64,000 bases of DNA, taken from the NCBI GenBank assembly GCA_015062535.1, contig SUUK01000002.1:250493-314492 (forward strand). Reading direction: 5' to 3'. Shown piece after piece: positions 62,877-64,000 of this stretch. A program made the translations under genes and the position numbers. How positions within the stretch are numbered: the first letter of the stretch is position 1; each line of letters opens with the position of its first letter. The stretch comes from Alphaproteobacteria bacterium (lineage in GTDB: Bacteria; Pseudomonadota; Alphaproteobacteria; RF32; CAG-239). The notes under the pieces were generated by a model. The model made no database searches. It was not told where the DNA came from and saw only the letters and a program-made list of their open reading frames with translations.

Positions 62877-63998
62877 CTATTCTCCTGATGAAAAAAGTTC
62901 TTTTACAGAATTTGGTGCTAGGGTTGAAAGCGGATTTATGGATATAACTGGTTTTTCTGATGTGCCAGTTATACTATAATTTGTAGCAAATACACTGCCG
63001 TCTTTACCTCTTAACATTTTGCCAACAAGAGGAATGCTTCCTATCATGGTGTTGAGGTTATAGGCTGGGATGATTAAGCCATTGGCATCGATTATTTCAT
63101 CTACAAGGTTGTATGTTCCGTTTAATCTTAAGCCAAGTACAGGACCAAAAATTCTAGCATCTGTTGTTTCGAGATTTTTTGTTGAGAAAACATAACTAAA
63201 TGGAGCGTTTAGGTGAGTAAAGCGTAAGCCTTCGCCGGTTAGCATATCAACAATACCAGAAAGGGAGGATAAGCTTAGAAGCTTTGCAAAAATAGGGGTG
63301 TCAGATAGTGAGAAATCTCTCATTTGAGCATGGCCTTTGAAGTTTTTGTATATATCTCGTTTGGCTTCAATTTTTAGGTTTCCGCCTTTCATATGGTCAT
63401 ATAAGCGCAACACTTTTAGGGTAGAGCCTGCATTGTTTGAATCTACAGTTAAGTAATATTCTTTGCCACGAGGTTCAAAGTCTAGCTTCATTTTAACATC
63501 TCTGCTTTTGCCATAGTTACCAACCATGTTTATACGATGAACACCTATGCCGTTTCTTAATTCGGCTTTTCCGGCAAAGTTTGTTACAGGCACTTTTTCG
63601 TTAGTCCATAACTTGTTAACTCCAATGATAATATCTGTATCCATAACATCTTCAAGAGGATCTTTTAGGCTCTTTTCTTTTTTCTTTGAGGTTTCTTTTG
63701 AAGTTGTTTTTTTAGAGCTAAAGAAGTCTGTTAGGTCGTATGAGTCACCATTTACGGTAACCTTTAATTTTAATTTTGGATTGTAAAGGAATTCTACTTT
63801 GGCTTTAGCAAAGGTTTTGGGGGATTTAATTTCTTTTATATCAACGGTTTTTATGTGGCCATCAGGGGTCATTTTGATATTGCCGGTTGCAGAAAATTGC
63901 GCTTTTAATAGCGAAAATTCTGGGATAGACTCGATTTTGTTTTTATCAATTATAAGTTTTACTTTAGCTCGACAAGGGTCGCCTTTATTTTTTGCAAA
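62877..63998 (-). CDS. AsmA-like/YhdP-type protein, C-terminal part (runs off the window end)
   Basis: Frame is open from the window end; GLIIPAYNLN..IGSIPLVG, FATNYSITG, INPLSTLAP resemble AsmA_2 C-termini. Confidence 0.8.
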   Translation of the reverse strand, partial: FAKNKGDPCRAKVKLIIDKNKIESIPEFSLLKAQFSATGNIKMTPDGHIKTVDIKEIKSPKTFAKAKVEFLYNPKLKLKVTVNGDSYDLTDFFSSKKTTSKETSKKKEKSLKDPLEDVMDTDIIIGVNKLWTNEKVPVTNFAGKAELRNGIGVHRINMVGNYGKSRDVKMKLDFEPRGKEYYLTVDSNNAGSTLKVLRLYDHMKGGNLKIEAKRDIYKNFKGHAQMRDFSLSDTPIFAKLLSLSSLSGIVDMLTGEGLRFTHLNAPFSYVFSTKNLETTDARIFGPVLGLRLNGTYNLVDEIIDANGLIIPAYNLNTMIGSIPLVGKMLRGKDGSVFATNYSITGTSEKPVISINPLSTLAPNSVKELFSSGE

Positions 63999-64000
63999 TC

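Overview
AT-rich alphaproteobacterial chromosome segment (ctrA, alpha-type ribosomal proteins, GroEL and DnaK). luxS and adhE suggest a fermentative, probably host/gut-associated lineage (inference). The window opens at the edge of an integrative element: a partial tyrosine integrase (1-435, - strand) next to the 3' half of a tRNA-His (att site). This is followed by a tandem array of about 3.4 copies of a 241-bp, hairpin-rich unit, each starting with the tRNA 3' end. Next is the S10-spc ribosomal protein cluster (rpsJ-rplO), detached from tuf and from secY. The rest is a scrambled mix of housekeeping genes (mutS, groES/EL, greA, ctrA, sodB, ugd, dnaK, luxS, ftsH, adhE), three ABC exporters, two large ankyrin-capped autotransporters and a MORN-repeat protein. 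The most unusual signals are: (1) tRNA-linked repeat units that can close into a tRNA-His-like acceptor stem ending in CCA; (2) four dispersed singleton genes without a Shine-Dalgarno site, with their own promoters, foreign-looking codon usage and mostly structured leaders; (3) a small inverted-repeat element family behind ugd and dnaK; (4) the ankyrin-hydrophobic-polyGly autotransporter architecture. All product calls come from motif recognition by eye; no searches or folding programs were run.
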